Below are positions 1 to 11,289 of a stretch of 64,000 nucleotides of DNA, in pieces. Source of the stretch: Octopus vulgaris (taxonomy: Eukaryota); contig OX597839.1 of assembly GCA_951406725.2 (NCBI GenBank), positions 9,610,001 through 9,674,000 on the forward strand, in the 5' to 3' direction. How positions within the stretch are numbered: position 1 is the first letter of the stretch; each line of letters begins with the position of its first letter. A program made the translations under genes and the position numbers. The notes below the pieces were generated by a model that was given only the letters and a program-made list of their open reading frames with translations, searched no databases and was not told where the DNA came from.

Positions 1-646
1 CCCTCTCCTTCCACACAAATACTTATATTTACTTGTCCACTTACAAAGAAACATCAGATGTATATCCTACGTACATCCTGCAGAACACAGACTTTCCATC
101 TTTATTACAAAGAGTTAGTTCCCTTGCCTTGAGACTACTATTACCTTCTGAAAACATCACACTACATCACTGTCTATATACCAAGGGTGGGGGAAACTTT
201 ATAGTGCGGTGGGCAAAAATTTCCAAAGAAAAAGGTCCTCAGGCAGATCACAAGTTCTAACTCTCATATCTGTGTAAATCTTGTATGTATCTATGTATAA
301 TTCGATATACATTAATAAAGATAAGTTTAACACATTAATTTAACACGTAACATCTTCATTAATGTCACCACTGAATTTAGGAAGGTTTATATTACTTATG
401 AGGTATTCTATATTTTTCACTAGGCTTTGGTCGGTCTGAGGCTATAGTAGATGACACTTGCCCAAGGTGCCACATAGTGGGACTGTACCCGGAACCATGC
501 TGTTGGTAAGGAAGCTACTTATCACACAGCCACTCCTGTGCCTATACATATATATATTTTGTTTTCATGAAAGCTGCATGGTAGCATCAATAACTACTTT
601 GAAGGAATACTTCACACCTTTTCGGTAATGTTTCCACACTCAGAAC

Positions 647-779
647 ATCTAGTAAACCACACCAGATTTTTAGGTGTTTTCACTCAATAAACACTCACAA
701 TGCCTGGTCTGGGAATCGAAACCGCGATCCTCCGACTGTGAGTCCACTGCCCTAACCACTGGGTCATTGCGCCTCCACA
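647..779 (-). mobile_element. tRNA-derived SINE head (family C)
   Basis: Minus strand TGTGGAGGCGCAATGACCCAGTGGTTAGGGCAGTGGACTC...GGTTTCGATTCCC with A/B boxes; related to 11762 and 42754. Confidence 0.7.
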
Positions 780-824
<45 letters not shown>

Positions 825-826
<2 letters not shown>

Positions 827-1225
827 TCTTTACTCGTTTCAGTCATTTGACTGCGGCCATGCTGGAGCACCGCCTTTAGTCGAGCAAATCGACCCCGGAA
901 CTTATTCTTTGTAAGCCCAGTACTCATTCTATCGGTCTCTTTTGCCGAACCGCTAAGTGACGGGGACGTAAACACACTAGCATCGGTTATCAAGCAATGC
1001 TAGGGGGACAAACGTAGACACACAAACACACACACGCATATATATATATATATACATATATACGACGGGCTTCTTTCAGTTTCCGTCTACCAAATCCACT
1101 CACAAGGCTTTGGTCGGCCCGAGGCTATAGCAGAAGACACTTGCCCAAGATGCCACGCAGTGGGACTGAACCCGGAACCATGTGGTTGGTTAGCAAGCTA
1201 CTTACCACACAGCCACTCCTGCGCC
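825..1225 (-). mobile_element. Full-length tRNA-derived SINE (family A) with internal microsatellite
   Basis: Head GGCGCAGGAGTGGCTGTGTGG...GGTTCAGTCCC, TTGGGCAAGT CORE-like motif and AAAAGAGT tail; more than 15 copies or fragments in the window. Confidence 0.85.
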
Positions 1226-1348
1226 TATATATATATATATATATATGACAAGCTTCTTTCAGTTTCCATCTACTAAGTCATACAAAAAAAGGAAAATTTC
1301 TTTAGACAAATGTTTTAAAATGTCATAATATGAAACAACATGAATTAC

Positions 1349-1468
1349 CTGGACATCCTTGAGTTCCTTTTCAAGACGCATTCGTTCAGCAGTTTCTTGC
1401 TCAAGCATTTCAGATGCATGGCTGGTGGTTGTTGCTTCCTCTGCGAGGTCAGCGTTTAATTCTGAGAG
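1349..1468 (-). CDS. MYO18A: Myosin-XVIII exon (proximal coiled coil), 40 codons LSELNADLAEEATTTSHASEMLEQETAERMRLEKELKDVQ
   Basis: Acceptor ttgttattgtAG and donor CAG|GTAATT, phase 0/0, 120 nt. Resembles vertebrate MYO18A ISELTSELTDE...ETAERLRAEKEMKELQ (recalled, not searched). Confidence 0.92.
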
Positions 1469-1661
1469 CTACAATAACAAAACAGCAACATGTTTTTAGC
1501 AACAATAAAATCCATGCAATACTGGCCATAAAAGCACCATATATCTACAAGGTCTAATAGTTTTATCACTAAGATATAATACAGTAGCGAGTGTGTGTAT
1601 AGGACATATATCGTAGGAGTTGCCAGGAGCATGTGTATGTGTGTACATAAGCACAACTTAC

Positions 1662-1751
1662 TCTGGAGTCAAGTCGGTCACAGTGTAACTTGTATTCGTT
1701 CTTCTCACGTTCAACTTTTTCAAACTTCACCTTCAGTTGTTCCAATTCAGC
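1662..1751 (-). CDS. MYO18A: Myosin-XVIII exon, 30 codons AELEQLKVKFEKVEREKNEYKLHCDRLDSR
   Basis: Acceptor gtatttcAG and donor AGA|GTAAGT, phase 0/0, 90 nt. Resembles MYO18A [30 protein letters not shown]. Confidence 0.92.
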
Positions 1752-1812
1752 CTGAAATACAACAGAGATCTTGGGTCACACAAAGATATATATATATACA
1801 CACATATATATA

Positions 1813-2006
1813 GTTAATCCAAACAAGAAAACACAAAAAAACACAACAACGCGAGGACATGGAACAAATATAGTATTATTGGACGCTCAGAAAATGTTTC
1901 ATCTAGTAAACCACACCAGATTTTTAGGTGTTTTCACTAAATAAACACTCATAATGCCCGGTCTGGGAAGACAGAGGAAAAAAATCGCCAACGGTACACA
2001 CGAGGT

Positions 2007-2010
<4 letters not shown>
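1813..2010 (-). mobile_element. Short (TA)n-embedded repeat, same family as 63156-63356, centre replaced
   Basis: Both ends match the 63156-63356 copy; the hammerhead-bearing middle is missing. Confidence 0.7.
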
Positions 2011-2291
<281 letters not shown>

Positions 2292-2647
2292 AATTAACAC
2301 TGAAATACATTAAAGATCTCGGTACAGACAGTCATATAAATATAACAATGACCAGAGACAGAAGATATATACTGTTGGAGAGAGAGAAACAATATTGCTC
2401 TCACATCAATGGGACAGTGTTGCAGCTGTTGTTAAATAATAACATCCCAGATTCACATTAATATCCAGGATGTTCATATAACTGGGACAGCACAGCAGAC
2501 ACTAAATGTTAATCTGTGTAAGAGTAAGAGTAACAACTGTCCAAATATCTGGGGCAATACTGCTGCTGCTGCTATTACAAGTGCTAACATAAGGTAACAT
2601 CCTAAACTGGACATCTCTTAAGAAATAAGAAATACTCCCCCCATAAT

Positions 2648-3299
2648 CTGTGCCGGTGGCACATAAAAAGCACCATCCAAACATGGCCGATGCCAGTGCC
2701 GCCTTGACTGGCTTCTGTGCTGGTGGTACGTAAAAAGCACCATCCAAACGTGGCCGATGCCAGTACTGCTTTGACTGGCTTCTGTGCCGGTGGCACGTAA
2801 AAAGCACCATCCAAACATGGCCGATGCCAGTGCCGCCTTGACTGGCTTCTGTGCTGGTGGTACGTAAAAAGCACCATCCAAATGTGGCCGATGCCAGCAC
2901 TGCTTTGACTGGCTTCTGTGCCGGTGGCACGTAAAAAGCACCATCCAAATGTGGCCGATGCCAGTGCCGCCTTGACTGGCTTCTGTGCCGGTGGTACGTA
3001 AAAAGCACCATCCAAATGTGGCCGATGCCAGCACTGCCTTGACCGGCTTCTGTGCCGGTGGCATGTAAAAAGCACCAACCGATCGTGGCTGCTGCCAGAA
3101 TCCCCTGGCACCTGTGCTGGTGTCATGTAAAAAGCATCCACTACACTCACAGAGTGGTTGGCGTTAGGAAGGGCATCCAGCTGTAGAAACACTGCCAGAT
3201 CAGACTGGAGCCTGGTGCAGCCTCCTGGCTTCCCAGACCCCAGTCAAATCATCCAACCCGTGCTAGCATGGAAAACGGATGTTAAACGATGATGATGAT
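2648..3299 (+). mobile_element. RTE-associated 3' end with a 67-bp tandem array and (GAT)n tail
   Basis: Units start at 2648, 2715, 2782, 2849, 2916, 2983 and 3050; then the AGGAAGGGCATCCAGCTGTAGAAAC motif and GTTAAACGATGATGAT tail that also follow the RTE ORF remnant at 28265-29100. Confidence 0.75.
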
Positions 3300-3769
3300 A
3301 ATCAGTTGCTGATCTTGTACAAAGCTCAACAAGTAAGATCCAAATTGATATGTTTCTCAAACACATCCAGAAGACAAGGTTTTTGTCATTTAATGTCTGA
3401 TACCGCTTTCATTCCATTTAGCTGGTCATCTTCAACTCAGTAAAACCCACACTGGATTACTGCTCACATATATGAAACACTGGTGTTGCTATATACACAA
3501 ACATCCTGGGTCTCATACTGGAATAATGATCACACATAAGGGACAGTGCTGCTGCTATATACATATAACCTGGGTCCATACCAACATACTTCTCACATGT
3601 ATGAGACACTTACTACCATTACTTCATATACTCACCTTTTACAGAGCTTAAATGACCTATAAGATTGTTGCTGATATAAACGAGATGGTCCCACAACTAT
3701 ACATACAAAAAACATACAGCATCCCAGAGACTACAATTCTTTGTTGGGTCTACAAAGTTTAGCTGTTAG

Positions 3770-4898
3770 TCCAGATGCATTTCCACTGTCCGAAGCACAT
3801 TCCAGATGCATTTTCCACTGTCCGAAGCACATTCCAGATGCATTTTCCACTGTCCGAAGCACATTCCAGATGCATTTTCCACTGTCCGAAGCACATTCCA
3901 GATGCATTTTCCACTATCCGAAGCCCATTCAAGATGCATTTTCCACTGTCTGAAGCACATTCCAGATGCATTTTCTGCTGTCTGAAGCACATTCCAGATG
4001 CATTTTCCACTGTCCAGATGCATTTTCCACTGTCTGAAGCACATTCAAGATGCATTTTCCACTGTCCGAAGGCACATTCCAGATGCATTTTCCACTGTCC
4101 GAAGCACATTCCAGATGCATTTTCCACTGTCCGAAGCACATTCCAAGATGCATTTTCCACTGTCCGAAGCACATTCCAGATGCATTTTCCACTGTCCGAA
4201 GCACATTCCAGATGCATTTTCCACTGTCCGAAGCACATTCCAGATGCATTTTCCACTGTCCGAAGCACATTCCAGATGCATTTTCCACTGTCCGAAGCAC
4301 ATTCCAGATGCATTTTCTACTGTCCGAAGCACATTCCAGATGCATTTTCCACTGTCCGAAGCACATTCCAGATGCATTTTCCACTGTCCGAAGCACATTC
4401 CAGATGCAGTTTCCACTGTCTGAAGCACATTCCAGATGCAGTTTCCACTGTCCGAAACACATTCCAGATGCATTTTCCACTGTCCGAAGCACATTCCAGA
4501 GGCATTTTCCACTGTCCGAAGCACATTCCAGATGCATTTTCCACTGTCCGAAGCACATTCCAGATGCATTTTCCACTGTCCGAAGCACATTCCAGATGCA
4601 TTTTCCACTGTCCGAAGCACATTCCAGATGCATTTTCCACTGTCCGAAGCACATTCCAGAGGCATTTTCCACTGTCCGAAGCACATTCCAGAGGCATTTT
4701 CCACTGTCCGAAGCACATTCCAGAGGCATTTTTCACTGTCCGAAGCACATTCCAGATGCATTTTCCACTGTCCGAATCACATTTTAGATGCATTTTCCAC
4801 TGTCCGAAGCACATTCCAGATGCATTTTCCACTGTCCGAAGCACATTCCAGATGCATTTTCCACTGTCCGAAGCACATTCCAGATGTATTTTCCACTG
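3770..4898. repeat. 32-bp minisatellite, ~35 copies (TTCCAGATGCATTTTCCACTGTCCGAAGCACA)
   Basis: Head-to-tail near-identical units with no spacers. Confidence 0.97.
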
Positions 4899-4899
4899 T

Positions 4900-5432
4900 T
4901 TGACGCATTTTCCATAGTTCATTGATTTTTCCTTCACCACTTCTACATTTGCAAATTCTGTAGCACCAGCTTTCGTCACTAGTGATGACCTCCAAAAAAA
5001 AAAAGGTCTGGATCAACTTCCAACTGTTCTTTTAGTTCAGGACACATATTCAGTTGTGATTGCTTTTGATCTTCTGTGAGCAAGCAAGAAACAAATTTTG
5101 CTGCAACTCTTTTCATTTGCAGTTCCTTGCTCAAAATTAGCAGGAGCTCCATGACACATCAGTCATAGCAACAAGTTCTTTTATTGTTTGGCGCCAGTCT
5201 TCCAAGATCAGGTCATGAATTTTCATGATGTTTTCATTTGTTCAGGAGGTCAACAGTTGCCCTGAATGAAATTGGTACTCAAGTGATAAGTGACCATTCC
5301 TAAAGCATGAAAACCACTCATAAACTTGTTGTTTTGTTTATGGCAGAGGCCTTGTAAGCTATTTGCTGTTTTGGTCACTGTTTTGGCCACTAGAAAACAA
5401 AATTTTACAGAAGCACACTGTTCCTTCATGAC
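4900..5432 (-). mobile_element. Degenerate, internally deleted mariner transposase remnant
   Basis: MKEQCASVKFCFL N-terminus typical of mariner HTH; C-terminal ..VEVVKEK..KCVKQWK..; frameshifted. Confidence 0.7.
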
Positions 5433-5491
5433 AAATGGCATGGGTGCTTTATTATGTGGCACTGGCAGTGATGCCTTTTACATATACCCAC

Positions 5492-5522
<31 letters not shown>

Positions 5523-5645
5523 AAACATATATCTATATTAAACATACTGCATGTATATAACAAAAATTAGATAGAAAGACAGACAGACAAAGATAGATAG
5601 ATAGATAGATAGATAGGTATAATAACTAAAGTTTAAAGAACTGAC

Positions 5646-5789
5646 CTCTTTATTTTTTAGTTCCTCCTCAGTTTTGTGGACATTAAGTAGAGGTTTGACC
5701 CGGACATACAATCGCCACCATGGCCAGTCTCGGATAAGCATGAATTTTCTCACATTCTTCTGTATACAGCTAATGGCTGTCTGTTGTAG
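5646..5789 (-). CDS. MYO18A: Myosin-XVIII neck exon, 48 codons LQQTAISCIQKNVRKFMLIRDWPWWRLYVRVKPLLNVHKTEEELKNKE
   Basis: Acceptor ttcattccAG and donor GAG|GTCAGT, 144 nt. Contains the WPWW..L...VKPLL head-rod junction of class II/XVIII myosins. Confidence 0.95.
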
Positions 5790-5995
5790 CTGGAATGAAC
5801 AAAAACAAACAAACATAAACAAAAAGTCCTTCAAATTACAACACGAGATTTACGTTCTTAACTGAAGAAAACAATAGCTCAAAATCACTGTGTGTGTGTA
5901 CACATATAGATATAGCATAGTTACCATGGATACAGTACGAGCATTACCGGAGAAATATATACTATAATGAAAATGTGTGTGTGTACACACACACA

Positions 5996-6600
5996 AGGTG
6001 TATTTCAAAAGATTTGAGAGTTTTTCAAAAGAGACATTTATTAATTTCAAAGTACAAAACTCTAATCTCTTTCAAGGTAGGATTCTCTCCAATGCACTTG
6101 TAGTAGCACTCCAGCCACTTCATGAAGGCCCCACAGAAGTTTTCCAAAACGAAGGTGTCCAGGACCCTTGTCATTCTCAGTGTCTTCCAAATGACTGCCC
6201 TTAGGGTTTTCCTTCAGATTGGGGACTGTAGGGAGGGTGAGGGACAGTGTTGATGCCCATCTCTGTCAAGTAGTTGGTTACCAAGATGGAATTGTGGACT
6301 AGTGCATTATCCTGGTGCAGATACCCTAGATTTTTTGGATGAAATTTCTTCTCGAACTCCCTCAAGACCTCCACAAAAAACACTTTGTTGACTGTCTAGC
6401 CAGAGAGAACCCAGAGTTTATAGATGATGTTCTTGAACTTGCTTTGCCTGGCTTCTTGTGCCAGTGAAAAACAGATGCTCAGCTCATACAATTTAATCCA
6501 TAAGCAGCCTGGGGGCATTTCATAAGTTTCTGTAGCATTGTTACCCAGTTTAACACTGAATCTTATTGCACTCCTACGCCTATAATAAATTTTCGAGATA
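5996..6600 (-). mobile_element. Mariner transposase remnant
   Basis: LHQDNALVH...TVPHPPYSP motifs of the DD34D catalytic domain. Confidence 0.85.
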
Positions 6601-6880
6601 TCACTGTTTTAGGAAATAGTTGACATTAATGTTTGTCTTGACACTTAAGACCCTGTTGACGTTTATGACAGTATTAATATTGACAATACTTGATTATGAC
6701 AGTATTACCATTTGTGACGCTTGATTATGACGGTATTAAGATTTAAGATACTGCTGATATTGTTGACAGCCACTGATGTTCACATCACAGATGACATGAA
6801 AATAAACACTGCAACATGACTTACACTACTAATACTGCAACATGTGTGTGTTATATATAGACACACATCTATTTAACATA

Positions 6881-7380
6881 CCATAAATCCTTAAGTATTG
6901 TCCGCCCTTGAGTATAATACGCAGGAGATTTTTAGAGGGCTGTACCTCTGAAAAACTTAAACCTAGTGTATAATATGTACCTCTTCTCTAACTTGAGTCA
7001 AGGAGGTCTACATAACATCCTTGGTTTGTAAAAATGTATACAGTAATGTCCTTTATTATTATTACATATATAACATAATGCAAACGTGTAGCTTTTTTGT
7101 GCATTTTGTTTGCAGAAAATAAAGAAATAACAGTAATAATGTTTAATAAATGTTTATTGCAAATTATAGATGATTCTTTTATGGCTTCATTGGTTTCAGG
7201 CTTAGCTTAAGATATTTTTGCGCCCGACATTACAAAAATGCGTCTGAATAAACATTGCCGGAGAGCAAACAGAGACTCGGACATTGCTTAGAAAATAATT
7301 TTCATTTTTAACCTTGTATATAGTATGCACTAGGGATTTTGACCTTTAAATTTGGGGAAAAAATGCTCGAGGATTTATGG
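6881..7380. mobile_element. Tc1/pogo-like MITE
   Basis: TIR CCATAAATCCT / AGGATTTATGG flanked by TA on both sides. Confidence 0.7.
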
Positions 7381-8015
7381 TATGTATATGCAGTAAAGGA
7401 CGAGAGTAAAGATGAAGATAAATAAACAGCAATAACAACAACACTAACACCAGCAACAACAAAAAAAACACCACCACCACTATTACCAATACCAACAGCA
7501 ATAACAAAAACATCACCCACACCAACGTGGTTGAAACCACCAAACTAGCACGCTGCCACCATCACCACTCTATAATTATAGAGGGTTCTAGAAATAAAAC
7601 CTACAATTTAGCCATCCTGACCTCAACCTATGGTGATGCTTGTTGAATATACCAACAGTTAAGGGAAATGATTAATGGTGTATGTGGCCACCCCTGCCAC
7701 CACCCGCCACCCCCCAATACAGATAATGATTTGGGTCATTATAAAGAAACTTCTGGAAGGAAATGTAATCTTAGTAACATCTTCATTCAGTAGTGAATGT
7801 CAATATGTGTGTGTGTGTGTGTGTCTGTGTGTGTGTGTGTGTGTATGTGTGTGTAAGAACACAAGCGGAGTTTTAAAATTCATAACAGCTGTTTCAGCAG
7901 CATTTTTAATGATGAACATTTTGATTGCATCATGACAAGAATTCAATCCACCACCATCAGGTGATTTTACACAACCTACTCACTGAAATACCTAGATTCT
8001 AATAAACCCTACAAC

Positions 8016-8016
<1 letters not shown>

Positions 8017-8091
<75 letters not shown>

Positions 8092-8115
8092 CATATACAT
8101 ATACATACATATATA

Positions 8116-8161
<46 letters not shown>

Positions 8162-8203
8162 CATATATATACATATATATACATACATACATATATACAT
8201 ACA

Positions 8204-8251
<48 letters not shown>

Positions 8252-8470
8252 CATACATACATATATATACATATATATACATACATATATATATATACAT
8301 ACATATATACATACATACATATATATACATACATATATACATACATACATATATATACATACATATATACATACATACATATATATACATATATATACAT
8401 ACATATATATATACATACATATATACATATATATATATACATATATATATATACATACATATACATACAT

Positions 8471-8519
<49 letters not shown>

Positions 8520-8525
8520 CACACA
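8017..8525. repeat. (TA)/(CA)/(TACA) compound microsatellite
   Basis: Directly visible. Confidence 0.98.
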
Positions 8526-8870
8526 AGGTGGGGAAGCAAAACTTGGAATATTTTGGAAGCCTTATTTTTCATATATTCCTGAGTTTAGTAAATACTAAAA
8601 TATGGTTTTCTATTTCAGGGTGGAGGTATATAGAGTTAATTGAAGCAGAAGTTCCAGTCAAACAATCTAATATGTCCAATTAAGAAGCCAAGAGACAACG
8701 CACTGCAGATTTGCTTCATGCCAGGGTTGCAATTAGACATCTTGCTCAGACTGTTGGAGCCGCTGTGAGAACTGTTTAGAAATGTTAAGAACCAAATGAT
8801 GGATACTGGGAGCATCAAGAGAAAGTAAGGAAATGGAGACAAATAAAAAACAAGAGAATGCATTTCTTAA

Positions 8871-9329
8871 CCCTTTAGTATTCAGATTATTCTGTCAAAT
8901 GTAATACTTATGTAGAAGGCGGCGAGCTAGCAGAAACGTTAGTATGCCGGGCGAAATGAGCGGTATTTCGTCTGCTGTTATGTTCAAATTCCGCCGAGGT
9001 TGACTTTGCCTTTCATACTTTCGTGGTCGATAAATTAAGTACCAGTTACGCACTGGGGTCGATATAATCGACTTAATCTGTTTGTCTGTCGTTGTTTGTC
9101 CTCTCTGTGTTTAGCCCCTTGTGGGTAGTAAAGAAATAGTAATACTTATGTAATCAAATTGTTTTGAATTAATCATGCAAAGACATTGTAGTATTGAAAT
9201 TTTGAGGATGTGATTGTTTATTCTTAGAATGACATTGTAGGATAAGTGTGCAAAGCCAGATCTGGCCAATTTGAACATAGAACAAGTAGAATATTTTGGC
9301 CAGATATGGCTGGTTTAAATGCTAAAGGG
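8871..9329. mobile_element. piggyBac-like MITE (TTAA TSD, CCCTTTAG TIR)
   Basis: TTAA-CCCTTTAGTATT ... AATGCTAAAGGG-TTAA; relatives near 13190-13323, 35627-35700 and 44617-44841. Confidence 0.75.
8915..9138 (+). mobile_element. SINE family B with 14-bp TSD
   Basis: GGCGGCGAGCT head and GCCTTTCAT..TTCG.GGTCGATAAATTAAGTACCAG core; TSD GTAATACTTATGTA at 8901-8914 and 9139-9152. Confidence 0.85.
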
Positions 9330-10257
9330 TTAAATCTCTCAAAGCCAAAATTTCAAAAGATCCAACAACATCCATGAGAAAACTGTCTATGGACATGAAA
9401 GTTGATCCAAAGACCCTCAGAAATGCTGTACACACTGATTTACATATGGGGTCGTAAGTGAGGACCCCAAGACAACTATTGACTCATGCAATGAAAGCCA
9501 GAAAAGTGTTGTGAGACCTGAAGCACAATAGACAAACCGTCAAAATCTTTTCAGAGGAAAATATCTTTACCGTTGATGCTGTTTTAAAACATTGCAATGA
9601 TGCCTCTTTATTTGTTCAAGTCTGGGGAAAAAGTGGGGGCTGATGTTTATCATAAAGTCCTGCGGTATAAGGTTTTGCCTTGGATGAAATCTAACAACTC
9701 CAACAGTAATTATGTGTGGACCCAAGATGGTTCTCCTGCTCATATGGTGAAGAAAGTGGAGAAATCCTGTAAAGACAACTTTGCTGATTTTGGCCTGCTA
9801 CTTCTAGCTTTCTTCCAGCCCAGACTCGAACTCCCTGGACTATGCTGCATGGGGTAAATTGGAGCACTCTATCAACAGAACTTTGCATCCAAGTTTTGTT
9901 CATTTTAAGCAAATCCTGAGGGAAGAGTGGGACAACATATCTGAGTACTTCATCATGAAGAGATGTGACACCTTCAGTGCCAAACATAGGGTAGGCTAAA
10001 ATGCAGAATATGAGCCAAATAATTGACAACAATAAGCTGAAAACAGAGGTGCATGATTGCATAATGTTTCTAATATTGTTATGTAGTTATTTCGAGATTT
10101 TGCTGATATGTGTGTACGTCATACAAAGCTTTACAAAACTTGTTTTCTGCTTATTAATTACATACTCAATGAACACTATACCAGTGAATGTGTTTTACTG
10201 GCAAACTACCATATGATTTATTAAATACTAATATATATAATACTATATATAATAAGT

Positions 10258-10590
10258 GAAGGCGCATGGCTCAGTGGTTAGAGCGTCGAGCTTACGATCG
10301 TGAGGTTGTGAGCTCGAATCTCAGACCGGGCTGCATGTTGTGTTCTTGAGCAAGACACTTTATTTCACGGTGCTCCAGTTCACTCAGCTGTAGAAATGAG
10401 TTGCGACGTCATGGGTGCCAAGCTGTATCGGCTGCTGCCTTTCTCTTGGATAACACTGGTGGCGCGGAGAGAGGAGGCCGGTATGCATGGGCGACTGCTG
10501 GTCTTCCATAAACAACCTTGCCCAGACTTGTGCCTGGGAGGGTAACTTTCTAGGTGCAAGCTCATGGTCAGTGTCATGACTGAAAGGGTC
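10258..10590 (+). mobile_element. tRNA-derived SINE (family D)
   Basis: A box TGGCTCAGTGG and B-box-like GCTCGAATC; TTCTTGAGCAAGACACTT core shared with 20263-20510. Confidence 0.75.
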
Positions 10591-10661
10591 ACACACACAC
10601 ACACACACACACATATAATATGTATATAATACTCTATATATAATACTATATTAAAAACTAA

Positions 10662-10710
<49 letters not shown>

Positions 10711-10712
<2 letters not shown>

Positions 10713-11116
10713 GTGGAGGCGTGGCTGTGTGGTAAGAAGCTTGCTTCCCAAACACATGCTTCCGGGTTCAGTCCCACTTGGACAAGTGCCTTTTACTCTA
10801 GCCTGAGGCAACCAAAGACTTGTGAGTGGATTTGGCAGATGGAAATTGAAAGAAGCCTGTCGTATATCACATATATATATATATATATGTGTGTGTGTAT
10901 GTTTATGTGTGAGTCTTTATGTCTGTGTTTGTCATCCCCACCATCGTTTGACAACTGATGTTGATGTGTTTGTGTCCCCATAACTTAGCAGTTCGGCAAA
11001 AGAGATTTATAGAATAAGTACCAGGCTTACAAAGAATAAATCCTGGGGTTCAATCACTTTGACTAAATGGCAGTGCTCCAGCATGGCCACAGTAAAAATG
11101 ACAGTAACAAGTAAAA

Positions 11117-11118
<2 letters not shown>
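10711..11118 (+). mobile_element. SINE family A, diverged
   Basis: Reverse-complement similarity to 825-1225. Confidence 0.8.
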
Positions 11119-11172
<54 letters not shown>

Positions 11173-11289
11173 GTATATAAACATACATATATATACTTTC
11201 AAGGTTTAGTTTTCAGTTCACTCTTATTCAGCATAGTCCTCTAGGCCCTAACAAAGGAATTTTAAAACTGGTTGCCCATGGGAACTACT

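Larger units (their letters stand above)
8526..10140 (+). mobile_element. Degenerate Tc1/mariner-superfamily transposon with nested insertions
   Basis: YHKVLRYKVLPW...YVWTQDGSPAH and a frameshifted SSPDxNxLDY-like motif at 9600-9860. Confidence 0.75.

Noticed and set aside
2502-3192. Repetitive 148-196 aa ORFs
   Set aside because: They arise from the 67-bp array in a retroelement 3' end.
3770-4898. CRISPR-like 32-bp repeats and long ORFs (up to 380 aa)
   Set aside because: No unique spacers, eukaryotic context and no cas genes; the ORFs are artefacts of a stop-free tandem unit.
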